From contig CATQHZ020000001.1 in assembly GCA_958296135.2 (NCBI GenBank), positions 2,848,001 to 2,912,000 of the forward strand: DNA of 64,000 nt, read 5' to 3'. Positions within the stretch are counted from its first letter, which is position 1, and every line of letters begins with the position of its first letter. Positions 38,634-47,854 of this stretch are shown here, piece after piece. This DNA comes from an uncultured Poribacteria bacterium. GTDB lineage: Bacteria > Poribacteria > WGA-4E > WGA-3G. The position numbers and the translations under genes are program-made. Below the pieces are notes generated by a model, which made no database searches, had not been told where the DNA came from, and saw only the letters and a program-made list of their open reading frames with translations.

Positions 38634-40319
38634 TCAGCACACGGTGTTCTCGCCTGTCATCAGGAGTCCTAACGTCGTGATGTCGTTCCGGTGCGCTGTT
38701 GCTTCATGGAGTTTGCCTTTTGACATGACATAGAGCCTGTCGCTCAGTGTCAGGACTTCGTCCAATTCGGTTGAGATGAGCAGCATCGATTTGCCGCGGT
38801 CGCGCTGCGCTAGCAGGTTCTGATGCACATAGTTGGCGGCATTGATATCCAACCCGCGTGTCGGGTTCACGGCGATGAGCAGAGCGGGTTCCGGCGAAAT
38901 CTCTCTTGCGAGGACAACCTTCTGTTGATTGCCCCCAGAAAGCGCGCCCGCGGCTAACTGCGCATTGGGGGGACGAACATCGTAGGCATCTATCAACCGT
39001 GCCGCCGTCTCCTTTCGCTTTTTCCGTGGGTTTCTGTTGATGCAGGAGACAACGGCCTCTGTTGGTGAGATTGTTTTGGTGGCACCACGCCACCGCGCAA
39101 CATTAAGACGTGACGGCGTAAAAGATGTCTGCCGTAAAAAAGACATCATTTCCTGAAACCATACAAAAAATCCGTATTGCTTGAGGTGTAGCACACTCAA
39201 TTCCAAGTTCTCCGCCACTGAGAACGAAGGGATGAGCCCGAGCGTCTGTCTATCTTCTGGAATGTAGCCGACACCGAGCAGGCGCGTCGCCTTTGTGCCG
39301 CGGGGTGCTGTGCCGAGGATGTTGATGATGCTGGAGTCGCTGGTTTTACGCAGTCCCATGATGGCTTCGGCGAGTTCGCGTTGGCCGTTGCCATCAACGC
39401 CGGCTATCCCGACGATTTCACCGCGATGCGTTGTCAGTGAGACATCGGACACGGCCAATTCATCGCGACTGCCACGGACGCTTAGCCCAGAAACCTGAAG
39501 CACCTTTTCGGTTGCTGCCTTGCGTTCCTCTCTTACAACTTCTGCTACTTCTGCGCCGAGCATCTCTCTGGCGAGTTCGCGGGCGGTTAATTCACCTGTT
39601 TTTCCGAGGTAGACCTTTTTACCGCGCCTTAGTACGGTAATTCTATCGCTAATCTGCAGCACCTCGTTCATTTTATGGCTGATGAAGAGAATGGAGCGGT
39701 TATCCGCCTGCAAGTTGCGCAGAATTGTGAAGAAGCCGTCTACCTCCTGTGGACTCAGCACCGCTGTCGGTTCGTCAAGGATGAGGATGCGCGCATTTCC
39801 GGCGAGTGCCTTCAGGATTTCGACGCGCTGTTTTAACCCGACAGACAACGTTCGCACGAGAGCCTGTGCATCGATGGCGATGCCAAATTTCTCGGCGAGT
39901 GCCTCTGTCGTTTTCACCGCTTCCGATTTTTTGAATCGAAATCGGGACAATATCCCCTGCGTTCGTGGCGCGAGGGGCTGTCCCTCGCGAAGCCTCAGAT
40001 GAGAGAGGCTCAGGGCAATATTCTCCGCGACGGTGAGGTTCTCAATCAGCATGAAATGTTGATGCACCATGCCGATGCCGTTCGCGATTGCATTGCGGGG
40101 CGTTTTGAAAACCTGCGGTTTCCCCGCGACCTGGATGCTTCCCGCTGACGGCTGATAAAGTCCATAGATGAGGTGCATCAGGGTGGACTTGCCTGCGCCG
40201 TTTTCGCCGAGAATCGCGTGGATTTCGCCTGCTTTGAGGGCGAAATCCACGTTATCAACAGCAACAAGGCCTCCAAAGGATTTGGTGATGCCTTGGAGTG
40301 CTAGTATGTTTTCTGCCAT
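38634..40319 (-). CDS. ABC transporter ATP-binding protein (tandem ABC domains)
   Basis: GENGAGKST, DEPT, GVDGNGQ and LSGGNQQK motifs; probable start MAENIL at 40319. Confidence 0.93.
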   Translation of the reverse strand: MAENILALQGITKSFGGLVAVDNVDFALKAGEIHAILGENGAGKSTLMHLIYGLYQPSAGSIQVAGKPQVFKTPRNAIANGIGMVHQHFMLIENLTVAENIALSLSHLRLREGQPLAPRTQGILSRFRFKKSEAVKTTEALAEKFGIAIDAQALVRTLSVGLKQRVEILKALAGNARILILDEPTAVLSPQEVDGFFTILRNLQADNRSILFISHKMNEVLQISDRITVLRRGKKVYLGKTGELTARELAREMLGAEVAEVVREERKAATEKVLQVSGLSVRGSRDELAVSDVSLTTHRGEIVGIAGVDGNGQRELAEAIMGLRKTSDSSIINILGTAPRGTKATRLLGVGYIPEDRQTLGLIPSFSVAENLELSVLHLKQYGFFVWFQEMMSFLRQTSFTPSRLNVARWRGATKTISPTEAVVSCINRNPRKKRKETAARLIDAYDVRPPNAQLAAGALSGGNQQKVVLAREISPEPALLIAVNPTRGLDINAANYVHQNLLAQRDRGKSMLLISTELDEVLTLSDRLYVMSKGKLHEATAHRNDITTLGLLMTGENTVC

Positions 40320-41155
40320 CGCGCCGCACGCGCCTCCGTTAATTCTCCATCGTAAGCGACAACGCGCAGCGAGATTTTCCACGTCTCACCTTTCGGCGTG
40401 GCGATGTTCTCCCTCCATGTCGGGTTATAGAGTGCCATGCCGTAGTCGCGAATGAACCAAGGGCCGCGGATGCCTTCATCAAGAATAGTCATGAGAACGC
40501 CGAAGTTACCGTGGCTGGGCAATCGGTTTTGGTAGGCGACGAAGTCGGAGTCATCTTCGTGGACGACATCGACGTTCCCGCGGCGGTTATTGTCGCCGAG
40601 GACAACGCCGCCCATGACAGGGAGGAGTCTCGGTTCGACGCGGATGCCGATGCTGCCGAATTTCGTCTGTGGGTAGGTGACGGCCCCGTAGGTTGCAATC
40701 TTTTCGCTTGTCATATCGCAGACTGTGGCATCCTGCAGGCACCAGAGGTTCACGGTTCGGATTTCGTCAATCAAAGGTTTTTCGTTTGCGTCGCGCCAGA
40801 TAACCTTCTGGACGAATGTCACGCCATCTGCGTGCGGTGCGATGTCCACCTCTTTGTCCGTGTCCATCCGTCCCATGTTGGCGAAGACTTTGTCGGTGAA
40901 GGAGCGTTGCGGCGGGGCGGCCCAAAAGCCTGCTTCTCGTTCGCCGACGTGGATTGGGCCTTGCCCGACGAAAACACCGTTGTGAAACGGATGATCGAAG
41001 GCGAATTCCTGCACGACGGTGTGTCCCGCGGGGGTGTAGAGCGGAAAGACGAAGGGCCGATAAAAGTTAGCACCTACGCCGCCGAGGCAGCGGCCGCTCT
41101 CTTTTTCCACGACGAGGTGGGTTTTGGCGTTGATTTTGACTTCAAAGGTGTTCAT
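40301..41155 (-). CDS. DUF6807/PmoA-like family protein
   Basis: RPFVFPLYTPAG and DHPFHNGVF motifs, W.IRDYG...NP, and C-terminal LRVVAYDG. Confidence 0.7.
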   Translation of the reverse strand: MNTFEVKINAKTHLVVEKESGRCLGGVGANFYRPFVFPLYTPAGHTVVQEFAFDHPFHNGVFVGQGPIHVGEREAGFWAAPPQRSFTDKVFANMGRMDTDKEVDIAPHADGVTFVQKVIWRDANEKPLIDEIRTVNLWCLQDATVCDMTSEKIATYGAVTYPQTKFGSIGIRVEPRLLPVMGGVVLGDNNRRGNVDVVHEDDSDFVAYQNRLPSHGNFGVLMTILDEGIRGPWFIRDYGMALYNPTWRENIATPKGETWKISLRVVAYDGELTEARAARWQKTY

Positions 41156-41174
41156 TGACGTTCCTTTCAGACGC

Positions 41175-43115
41175 TTACTTATCTACCATTTGGGAGATTT
41201 TCTCCCAATCCCAGAGAAGGATTGTGCCATCTGAACTCGCGCTAATTAGCGTGCTACCATCCACTGAGAATTCTAAATTTCTAATCCAACTCGTGTGGCC
41301 TTGGAGTGTGGACATTGCGAGGGATTCTGCTGTGAAGTTCCCACGCAACCAACTTTGGGCGGGAACTTGTGGGTTGGTATCCGCGTGCCATAATAGCAGG
41401 GAACCCTCCGTGTCTGCGCTCACAAGCGTTTTGCCATCGGGTGAGAATACCACTGATAAGACTCCGCCCCCATGTCTTCCCAGTATCGTGCTGTGGCTTT
41501 CTCTTTTTTTCCAAGGCGGGGTGTCCATTTTTTTTAACGACGCAATATCCCACAAGCGAATGGTTCCGTCCCAACTCCCGCTGCCAAGTGTGCTGCCATC
41601 CGGGGAAAAATCCACTGATTCAACTTCACCGAGATGCCCTGTGAGAGTGAAACGTTCTGTGCCAGTAGCGGTGTCCCACAAGCGAATGGTTTTGTCTCGA
41701 CTGCCGCTTGCAAGCATGCTGCCATCTGGGGAGAATGCCAGCGCGCCAACCCCATTCTTATGTCCGGAAAGGACAAAAAGCGGGTTCCCGGTGACGATGT
41801 CCCACAACCGGATTGTTGTGTCATAACTTCCACTTGCGAGAATACGCCGGTCTGGGGATAACGCCGTTTTCCAAATCGATTTTGTATGCCCTGTCAAGGT
41901 ATAAGTAAATTGCTCGCGGCCAGTTGCAACATCCGCGACCCAGAATGTAATGCTTACGTCGGCGCAGGCAAACGTGCTGCCATCTTCAGCAAACTCTAAG
42001 AATCGGATTAATCCTCCTTTTCCGCTGAAAATGGATTGCACGTGTCCGGTGTTAGCATCCCACAGCCGAATATTGACGTTTCTGTTTACACTTGCCAGCG
42101 TCTTGTTATCTGGCGTGAGAGCGACTTCTTGAACGAAGGGGGCATGCTCCGTTATAACCGCGACCTGGTGTCCAGTATCTGTGGCCCACATCCGAATTGT
42201 GCCATCCCAACTTCCGCTGGCAAGTGTTTTTCCGTCCGGTGAGAATGCCAACGCGCGAATTGCATCCGTTTGGCCCCTGAATGTGTTCAATTCTCGCCCG
42301 GTTTCAACGTCCCAGAATGTCAGCCCTCCGCCGAAATCACCGCTCGCGAGCGTCCTGCCATCAGGAGCGAAAGTTAAGGCACAAGCATCGTTTCTCCCTA
42401 TCAAGGTTATCTTGGGATTCACTTTTGTTTTTCTCGGCGAAGGTTCCAAGTCCTCTGGTTCTCTGTCTATAAAACCATCAGACAGGGTTTCTTCTAGCAA
42501 AGATGGGAGAGCCCATAACCGAATCGTTTTGTCTTCAAACCCACTACTACTCGCGAGCGTTTTGCCGTCTGGCGAAAAGGCTAATGCGCTAAATTCCCCT
42601 TTCCCTATGTTCCCTTCAAAGGACACCAGGTGGGTGCGGGTGTGAACATCCCACAATCGAATGACACCATCTTTTCCACCGCTGGCAAGCATCGTGCCAT
42701 CCTGCGAAAAGGCGACTTTGACAAATCGTTCTCCGTATACCCGTCGTTCCTTTTTCTCCAGTGCTCTCGGAGGCGAGTCGGTGGGCATCATATCCCACGG
42801 CTGAATTGCCCCGTAAATGTCTACACTGAATAGCGTCTCGCCATTTTTCGAGAACGTCACAGCCTCAATTGGGGCTGTGTCACTGCGGCTCAACGAGAGT
42901 TCTTGGTAAATATGGGTATCATATAACCAAATTCCAATTGAACTTCCCACGATGAGTCGAGTGCCACTGGGAGAATATTTTATCGCGTTGATGGTGCCTT
43001 TGCCGAAGCGGATTTTAGCACCTTCCGGCAAATGCCATTGCGTGTAATCTTCGGCGAACCCGATGGCAACCATCGAAAACAGCACGCCGAGGATGAACAA
43101 ACTCTTTTTTATCAT
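41175..43115 (-). CDS. Secreted WD40-repeat protein
   Basis: Signal peptide, TQWHLPEGA N-terminal motif, many FSPDG..LASGS.D.TIRLWD repeats. Confidence 0.93.
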   Translation of the reverse strand: MIKKSLFILGVLFSMVAIGFAEDYTQWHLPEGAKIRFGKGTINAIKYSPSGTRLIVGSSIGIWLYDTHIYQELSLSRSDTAPIEAVTFSKNGETLFSVDIYGAIQPWDMMPTDSPPRALEKKERRVYGERFVKVAFSQDGTMLASGGKDGVIRLWDVHTRTHLVSFEGNIGKGEFSALAFSPDGKTLASSSGFEDKTIRLWALPSLLEETLSDGFIDREPEDLEPSPRKTKVNPKITLIGRNDACALTFAPDGRTLASGDFGGGLTFWDVETGRELNTFRGQTDAIRALAFSPDGKTLASGSWDGTIRMWATDTGHQVAVITEHAPFVQEVALTPDNKTLASVNRNVNIRLWDANTGHVQSIFSGKGGLIRFLEFAEDGSTFACADVSITFWVADVATGREQFTYTLTGHTKSIWKTALSPDRRILASGSYDTTIRLWDIVTGNPLFVLSGHKNGVGALAFSPDGSMLASGSRDKTIRLWDTATGTERFTLTGHLGEVESVDFSPDGSTLGSGSWDGTIRLWDIASLKKMDTPPWKKRESHSTILGRHGGGVLSVVFSPDGKTLVSADTEGSLLLWHADTNPQVPAQSWLRGNFTAESLAMSTLQGHTSWIRNLEFSVDGSTLISASSDGTILLWDWEKISQMVDK

Positions 43116-43203
43116 CGTGAAATTCCTTTTTCGCTCCGTTACATTTTGCTGCAGTATACCCTAAAATGCTTAAAAGAGCCAACGTTTTTTGGGCGGCCGC
43201 GGC

Positions 43204-45099
43204 TCAATCGAGTTTATCCCAGAGGAGAATTGTGCCGCTCCGATGTCCACTCGCTAGCGTTTCGCCATCGGGTGAAAACAGCAACGCGCTCACCGCTGAA
43301 TCATAGCCTATGGAGAAAGAGCGGAGATGCGAGGCGGTGTCTACGTTCCACAACTGGAGAGTGCCCTGGGAACTACCACTTACGAGCGTTTTTCCGTTGG
43401 GTGAAAATGCTAATGCGGCAACGTTTTCTGTTCCCGTGTCAAGGGTAGCCAGCGTGCGCCCTGTATCAACATCCCACAGGCGGATTTCGTATTCGCTGCC
43501 ACTTGCGAGCGTTCTCCCATCTGGCGAGAAGGTTAAGGCATGGATAGAGTCCGAGTGGCCTGCTAACGTCTTAACCAAGGCAAAGGACAAGAGTGCCCAC
43601 ACGCGAATATTATTGTCCGTATCGGCAATCGCTAGCGTTTGACTGTCCGGTGCGAATGCGAAGTGGCCGCCGGACGTTGTCCACAGCAGTTCGCCGGTAT
43701 CTGCATGCCACAATATCACTTTGCGGCGTTCGTTCCCGGCAATCCGCTGTCCATCCGGCGAGAAAACGAAACGAAAGATGGACTTTGGGGTTTCTGTTTG
43801 CAAGGTAGAGAGCTGCTGACGAGTGGCACTATACCACACCCGAATGTCGCCGGCCAAACTCCGGGCAGCGAGTTTGGTAAGGGTTGGCGGGAACGTCACG
43901 ACTTGACTCACGTCTGCCCAATGCGTTTGTGTAGGCGGCGTAATTATTTCAAGTTGTTTGCCGGTGGCAACATCCCACACCCGAACCTTTGCCTCCCAAC
44001 CGCTACTGGCGAGGCGTGCGCCATCGCCGGGGAAAGCCAACGTCTGAATCCACTCAAAATGCTCCGTGAGTGCCAGCGTAGATAGGGGTTTGGCAGCGTC
44101 AATGTCCCAGACGTGAATTGTGCCGTTGCGGCTGCCGCAGCGGAGCGTCTGCCCATCTCGCGAAAATGCGACGGTGTAGACATCCTGCATTTTTCCTATT
44201 TGGCTATGCCCGGGGACAGATAGACTCGGTGTTTCCGGCGGCAAGCGTGTCAATAGGGCCCCGGTATTGACGTGCCACACTCGGACTGCATCGTCTTTAC
44301 CGGCGGTAGCGACGATTTTTCCATCCGGCGAGAAGGCGACATCGCTGATGTCGCGGGTGTGGCCGGATAGAGTTGCGCGCCGTTTGCCGGTGGGGACATC
44401 CCAGAGGTGTGCTGACGTATCCCAGCCGCCGCCACTGACGAGAGTTTTCCCATCGGGTGAGAATTCCAAGAGGGTGATGGAGCCTAAATCGTCAGTTCCT
44501 GCAAAGCGGGTATCCCCGGTGGTGGTATCCCACAAACGGAGGGTGCTACCCGCGCTCGCCAGGAGTTGGCCATCCGGCGAGAAGGCGAGGGCATTTACCG
44601 CACTGGGCGACCCGAGGAACATGGCGAGGAAGTCGCCGGTGGCAACATCCCACAATCGGATTTTCCAGTCGCCGCTCCCGGTGGCGAGTATCATGTTATC
44701 GGGTGAAAATGCCAACGCGTTAATTGAATCCGGATGCTTCTCAAGTGTGGCGAGGGTATCTCCGGTGCGAATGTCCCAGACGCGCAGTGTCGTTCCATGC
44801 GCGCTCGCGACGATGGTGCCGTCGGCAGTGAACGTCAACGCGGTGGGCACTTGAACGGGTAACATTGCAGAGAATAGCGACATTTCTTTGCCAGTGTGCG
44901 CGTCGTAAATCCAGATGCCCATGGCAGTTGGAACGGCAAGACGTGTGCCATCGGGCGAGAACTGAACATCCTTTATCGCGCCCTTGCCGAGACGTGCAGT
45001 CGCGCCTTCCGGCAAATGCCATTGCGTGTAATCTGCGGCGAACCCGATGGCAGCCATCGAAAACAGCACGCCGAGGATAAGCAAACTCTTTTTTATCAT
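43204..45099 (-). CDS. Secreted WD40-repeat protein (paralog)
   Basis: Same N-terminus MIKKSL.ILGVLFSM.AIGFA.DYTQWHLPEGA, followed by WD repeats. Confidence 0.93.
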   Translation of the reverse strand: MIKKSLLILGVLFSMAAIGFAADYTQWHLPEGATARLGKGAIKDVQFSPDGTRLAVPTAMGIWIYDAHTGKEMSLFSAMLPVQVPTALTFTADGTIVASAHGTTLRVWDIRTGDTLATLEKHPDSINALAFSPDNMILATGSGDWKIRLWDVATGDFLAMFLGSPSAVNALAFSPDGQLLASAGSTLRLWDTTTGDTRFAGTDDLGSITLLEFSPDGKTLVSGGGWDTSAHLWDVPTGKRRATLSGHTRDISDVAFSPDGKIVATAGKDDAVRVWHVNTGALLTRLPPETPSLSVPGHSQIGKMQDVYTVAFSRDGQTLRCGSRNGTIHVWDIDAAKPLSTLALTEHFEWIQTLAFPGDGARLASSGWEAKVRVWDVATGKQLEIITPPTQTHWADVSQVVTFPPTLTKLAARSLAGDIRVWYSATRQQLSTLQTETPKSIFRFVFSPDGQRIAGNERRKVILWHADTGELLWTTSGGHFAFAPDSQTLAIADTDNNIRVWALLSFALVKTLAGHSDSIHALTFSPDGRTLASGSEYEIRLWDVDTGRTLATLDTGTENVAALAFSPNGKTLVSGSSQGTLQLWNVDTASHLRSFSIGYDSAVSALLFSPDGETLASGHRSGTILLWDKLD

Positions 45100-45300
45100 A
45101 ATGAAATGCCCCTTTGGCCCTGGTACCTTTTTCTGCAGTATACCCTAAGATGCCTAAAAGAGCCAACGTTTTTTCGGCGTACCTAGAGTGATTCGGTTTC
45201 GCGAAGGAATTGTAAGGCTAGGTTTCTATAGCTATCCACTGCTGCCGGAAAACAGGAGCGGATAGAGACATCTGCCCTTACAAATCGATGGCATTCGGTA

Positions 45301-45762
45301 TTATTGTGGATACAGGACAGCCTCATCGATGCGTTGATAAGCATAGAGTTCCTGCGGTGCGAAGAGGATGCCCAACTCGCGCTGGGCGTTCTCCGGCGAG
45401 TCCGATGCATGCACGACGTTGTGCGTTACATTGAGAGAGAAATCGCCGCGGATGCTTCCCGGTTGCGCTGCCAGTGGGTTCGTCGCGCCGTTGAGGGTGC
45501 GGACGAGTTCTATCGCGTTCCGTCCCTCCACAGCTAGGGCGACAATGGGCGCGGCGGTGATGAATCGGATGAGCGTCTCATAAAAGGGTTTGCCGCGATG
45601 ATGCACGGCGTAAAGTGCCTCCGCTGTCGTGAGCGGTAGTTGCACGAGTTTCATGCCTACCAGTTTCAGCCCTTTGCGTTCGTAGCGGGCAACAATTTCC
45701 CCGACAAGTCCGCGCTGAACGCCATCGGGTTTAATTAAAATCAGTGTTTGTTCTGTCTCCAT
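45301..45762 (-). CDS. ndk: Nucleoside diphosphate kinase
   Basis: [22 protein letters not shown] and NVVHASDS motifs. Confidence 0.95.
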   Translation of the reverse strand: METEQTLILIKPDGVQRGLVGEIVARYERKGLKLVGMKLVQLPLTTAEALYAVHHRGKPFYETLIRFITAAPIVALAVEGRNAIELVRTLNGATNPLAAQPGSIRGDFSLNVTHNVVHASDSPENAQRELGILFAPQELYAYQRIDEAVLYPQ

Positions 45763-45989
45763 AGCCTTTCCTATTATGTGAGGGTGAACGATTTGGTTTT
45801 CAGTTGTCTTGACATTAAGTCCTTTTAAGTATACCATATTTTTCAGGCATTTGCTAGATTTATTTTATGATGGACGTAGCTTGAACGCCATAGTTGCGGT
45901 TTCAAACCGCGCCTACGGACAAGGGGACGTTATTACCCAAGATACGTATACGAACGCTTTGTGCTAAGACGAAAAACGAGGAACAATTC

Positions 45990-46967
45990 ATGTTCAATAA
46001 ATTGGAAGAAGTGGTACTAAAAACAGGGGAACGGATGGAAGTCGGCGTGATTGCCGCACCGGATGCCCCACATGCCGAGGAAGTCAAGCAGTTCCTCGGG
46101 CATAAACCGGGTAACTACAAATGGCATATTGAGCGATGCGTAACCGAATCGCTTGACGCGTTGGAAACGCGGTTCTATGTCGGGAAACTTGATGGGAACG
46201 TGATTATCAACATCATGACGGTTGAACACGATGGAATTGGAATCTTGGGGCATGTCTTCACCTTGCCGCACCAGCGCAGGAAAGGCGCGTGCAAAGGCGT
46301 GATGGCGCAGCAGATGGCAGATTTTCGGCACCGCAACGGCCGCGCACTCTACCTCGGCACGGGATACAACAGTCCGCCGTATCACATCTACAATAGTTTT
46401 GGGTTTGAGAGTGTCTGTCCGGCATCGGGATTTATGCAGTATCAGGTGAACGCCGATTTTGTGGAGAGTTACTTCGCGCCTGCACCTGCGCATCCGAAAC
46501 CGGTTGAATGGCACGATTGGCCCAAAATCACGGCGCTTTCGGCGATTGTCGGATGGGATACGCTTCGGAGCTTGACATGGGGTGTCTACGGGCCTACGAA
46601 TCTTGAGGGCGGCTTTCTCTCTTTTAAACGTGACTTGGATACGGAGGATGTCTACACCGATGCAAAGTTGCTCGGCGCGCAGAACGGTGCAATCGTCGGT
46701 TGGGCGACGGTGAGTCGGGATACACGCTGGCGCGGTGAGACTGCGGTGCTCGAGCTCTTTTTCCATCCCAATTTTGTTGATGCTGTCCCTGCACTACTTT
46801 CGGCATTGACGTTCCCTGAATTGAAGGTTCAGTGTTACGTTGACGATGGGGCGACAGTGAAGGCGGATATTTTGGCATCGGCGGGGTTTGAGTGCGAGGC
46901 GCGCTTGAAGGGGCAGTTTGCGTATGCGGGGCGGCGTTATGATGTTTTGGTGTTCTCGCGCGATTAA
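45990..46967 (+). CDS. GNAT family N-acetyltransferase
   Basis: Motif A HVFTLPHQRRKGAC; YNSFGF; a second GNAT-like half. Confidence 0.75.
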   Translation: MFNKLEEVVLKTGERMEVGVIAAPDAPHAEEVKQFLGHKPGNYKWHIERCVTESLDALETRFYVGKLDGNVIINIMTVEHDGIGILGHVFTLPHQRRKGACKGVMAQQMADFRHRNGRALYLGTGYNSPPYHIYNSFGFESVCPASGFMQYQVNADFVESYFAPAPAHPKPVEWHDWPKITALSAIVGWDTLRSLTWGVYGPTNLEGGFLSFKRDLDTEDVYTDAKLLGAQNGAIVGWATVSRDTRWRGETAVLELFFHPNFVDAVPALLSALTFPELKVQCYVDDGATVKADILASAGFECEARLKGQFAYAGRRYDVLVFSRD

Positions 46968-47044
46968 ACGCGAGAAGGCACCTGTTGTTGCAAGTCCTGC
47001 GAATCTGAGGGAACCAAGGACGGTTTCGATTTGTGCTAGGGATT

Positions 47045-47725
47045 GCGAGGGGAACCCTCAGCGATTCGTGCTCGCCGAGCCCTCGCGCTGCGGTGGAAGA
47101 AGAACGGACGAAAACTGCCTTGTTCCCGTAGCGCGGGGGCCTGTCCCCCGCGATGCCCCGAGGAAAACCGCCTTCTTTGCATCGTAGCGCGAGGGCCTGT
47201 CCCCCGCGATCTCCCGAGGAAAACTGCCTTCTTTGCATCGTAGCGCGGGGGCCTGTCCCCCGCGATCTTTCAACCGACACGAAAAACACCCGCAGCCCAA
47301 AATCCCCAAACGGCTTTGAGATGACAGGCATGGCGAGGGGAACCCTCGGCGATTCGTGATCGCCGGGCCCGCGCCCTACGGTGACGTGAACGAAAACTGC
47401 CTTTTTACCGTAGCGCGGGGGCCTGTCCCCCGCGATCGCTCGACCGACACGAAAAACACCCGCAGCCCAAAAGCCCAAACGGCTTTGAGATGACGGGCAT
47501 GGCGAGGGGAACCCTCGGCGATTCGTGATCGCCGGGCCCTCGCCCTACGGTGAGGGTAGGGCGGCTCGATGCATGGCGAGGCACAGTGGACATCTCTGCA
47601 GCGAGGCTGCAGAGAGGACAAAGTTTAGGCGTAACGGCCCTCGCCTTACGGTGAAGGGGGGAGGCCCCTGCATGGCGAGGGAAACCCTCGGCGATTCGCG
47701 CTCGCCGGGTTTTCCCTCGCGCTGC
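47045..47725. repeat. BIME-like intergenic mosaic of REP palindromes
   Basis: CGTAGCGCG(A/G)GGGCCTGTCCCCCGCGAT at ~47128, 47183, 47239 and 47409; a ~110-bp block duplicated at ~47274 and ~47444. Confidence 0.9.
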
Positions 47726-47854
47726 GGGTGCAGCGGTGTCAAGTCCTTACACAGAAAACTTAGCTAAGGGATACCCCGCGTAAGCGGATACGCAGATACG
47801 GATGCCCTGCCGAGTCCTGTTTACCGAACGCTTCGCGCTCATACAAAAACAAAA

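Noticed and set aside
38236-38733. ORFs with repeated peptides between the ABC genes
   Set aside because: They are open only because the array period is 84 bp; no SD and no recognisable protein features.
40301-41155. Methane monooxygenase
   Set aside because: The PmoA-like family name is misleading: this is a soluble protein with no TM helices and no pmoB/pmoC nearby.
47045-47725. Possible CRISPR array
   Set aside because: The repeats are REP palindromes in mixed orientation with duplicated, non-unique spacers and irregular spacing; no cas1/cas2.
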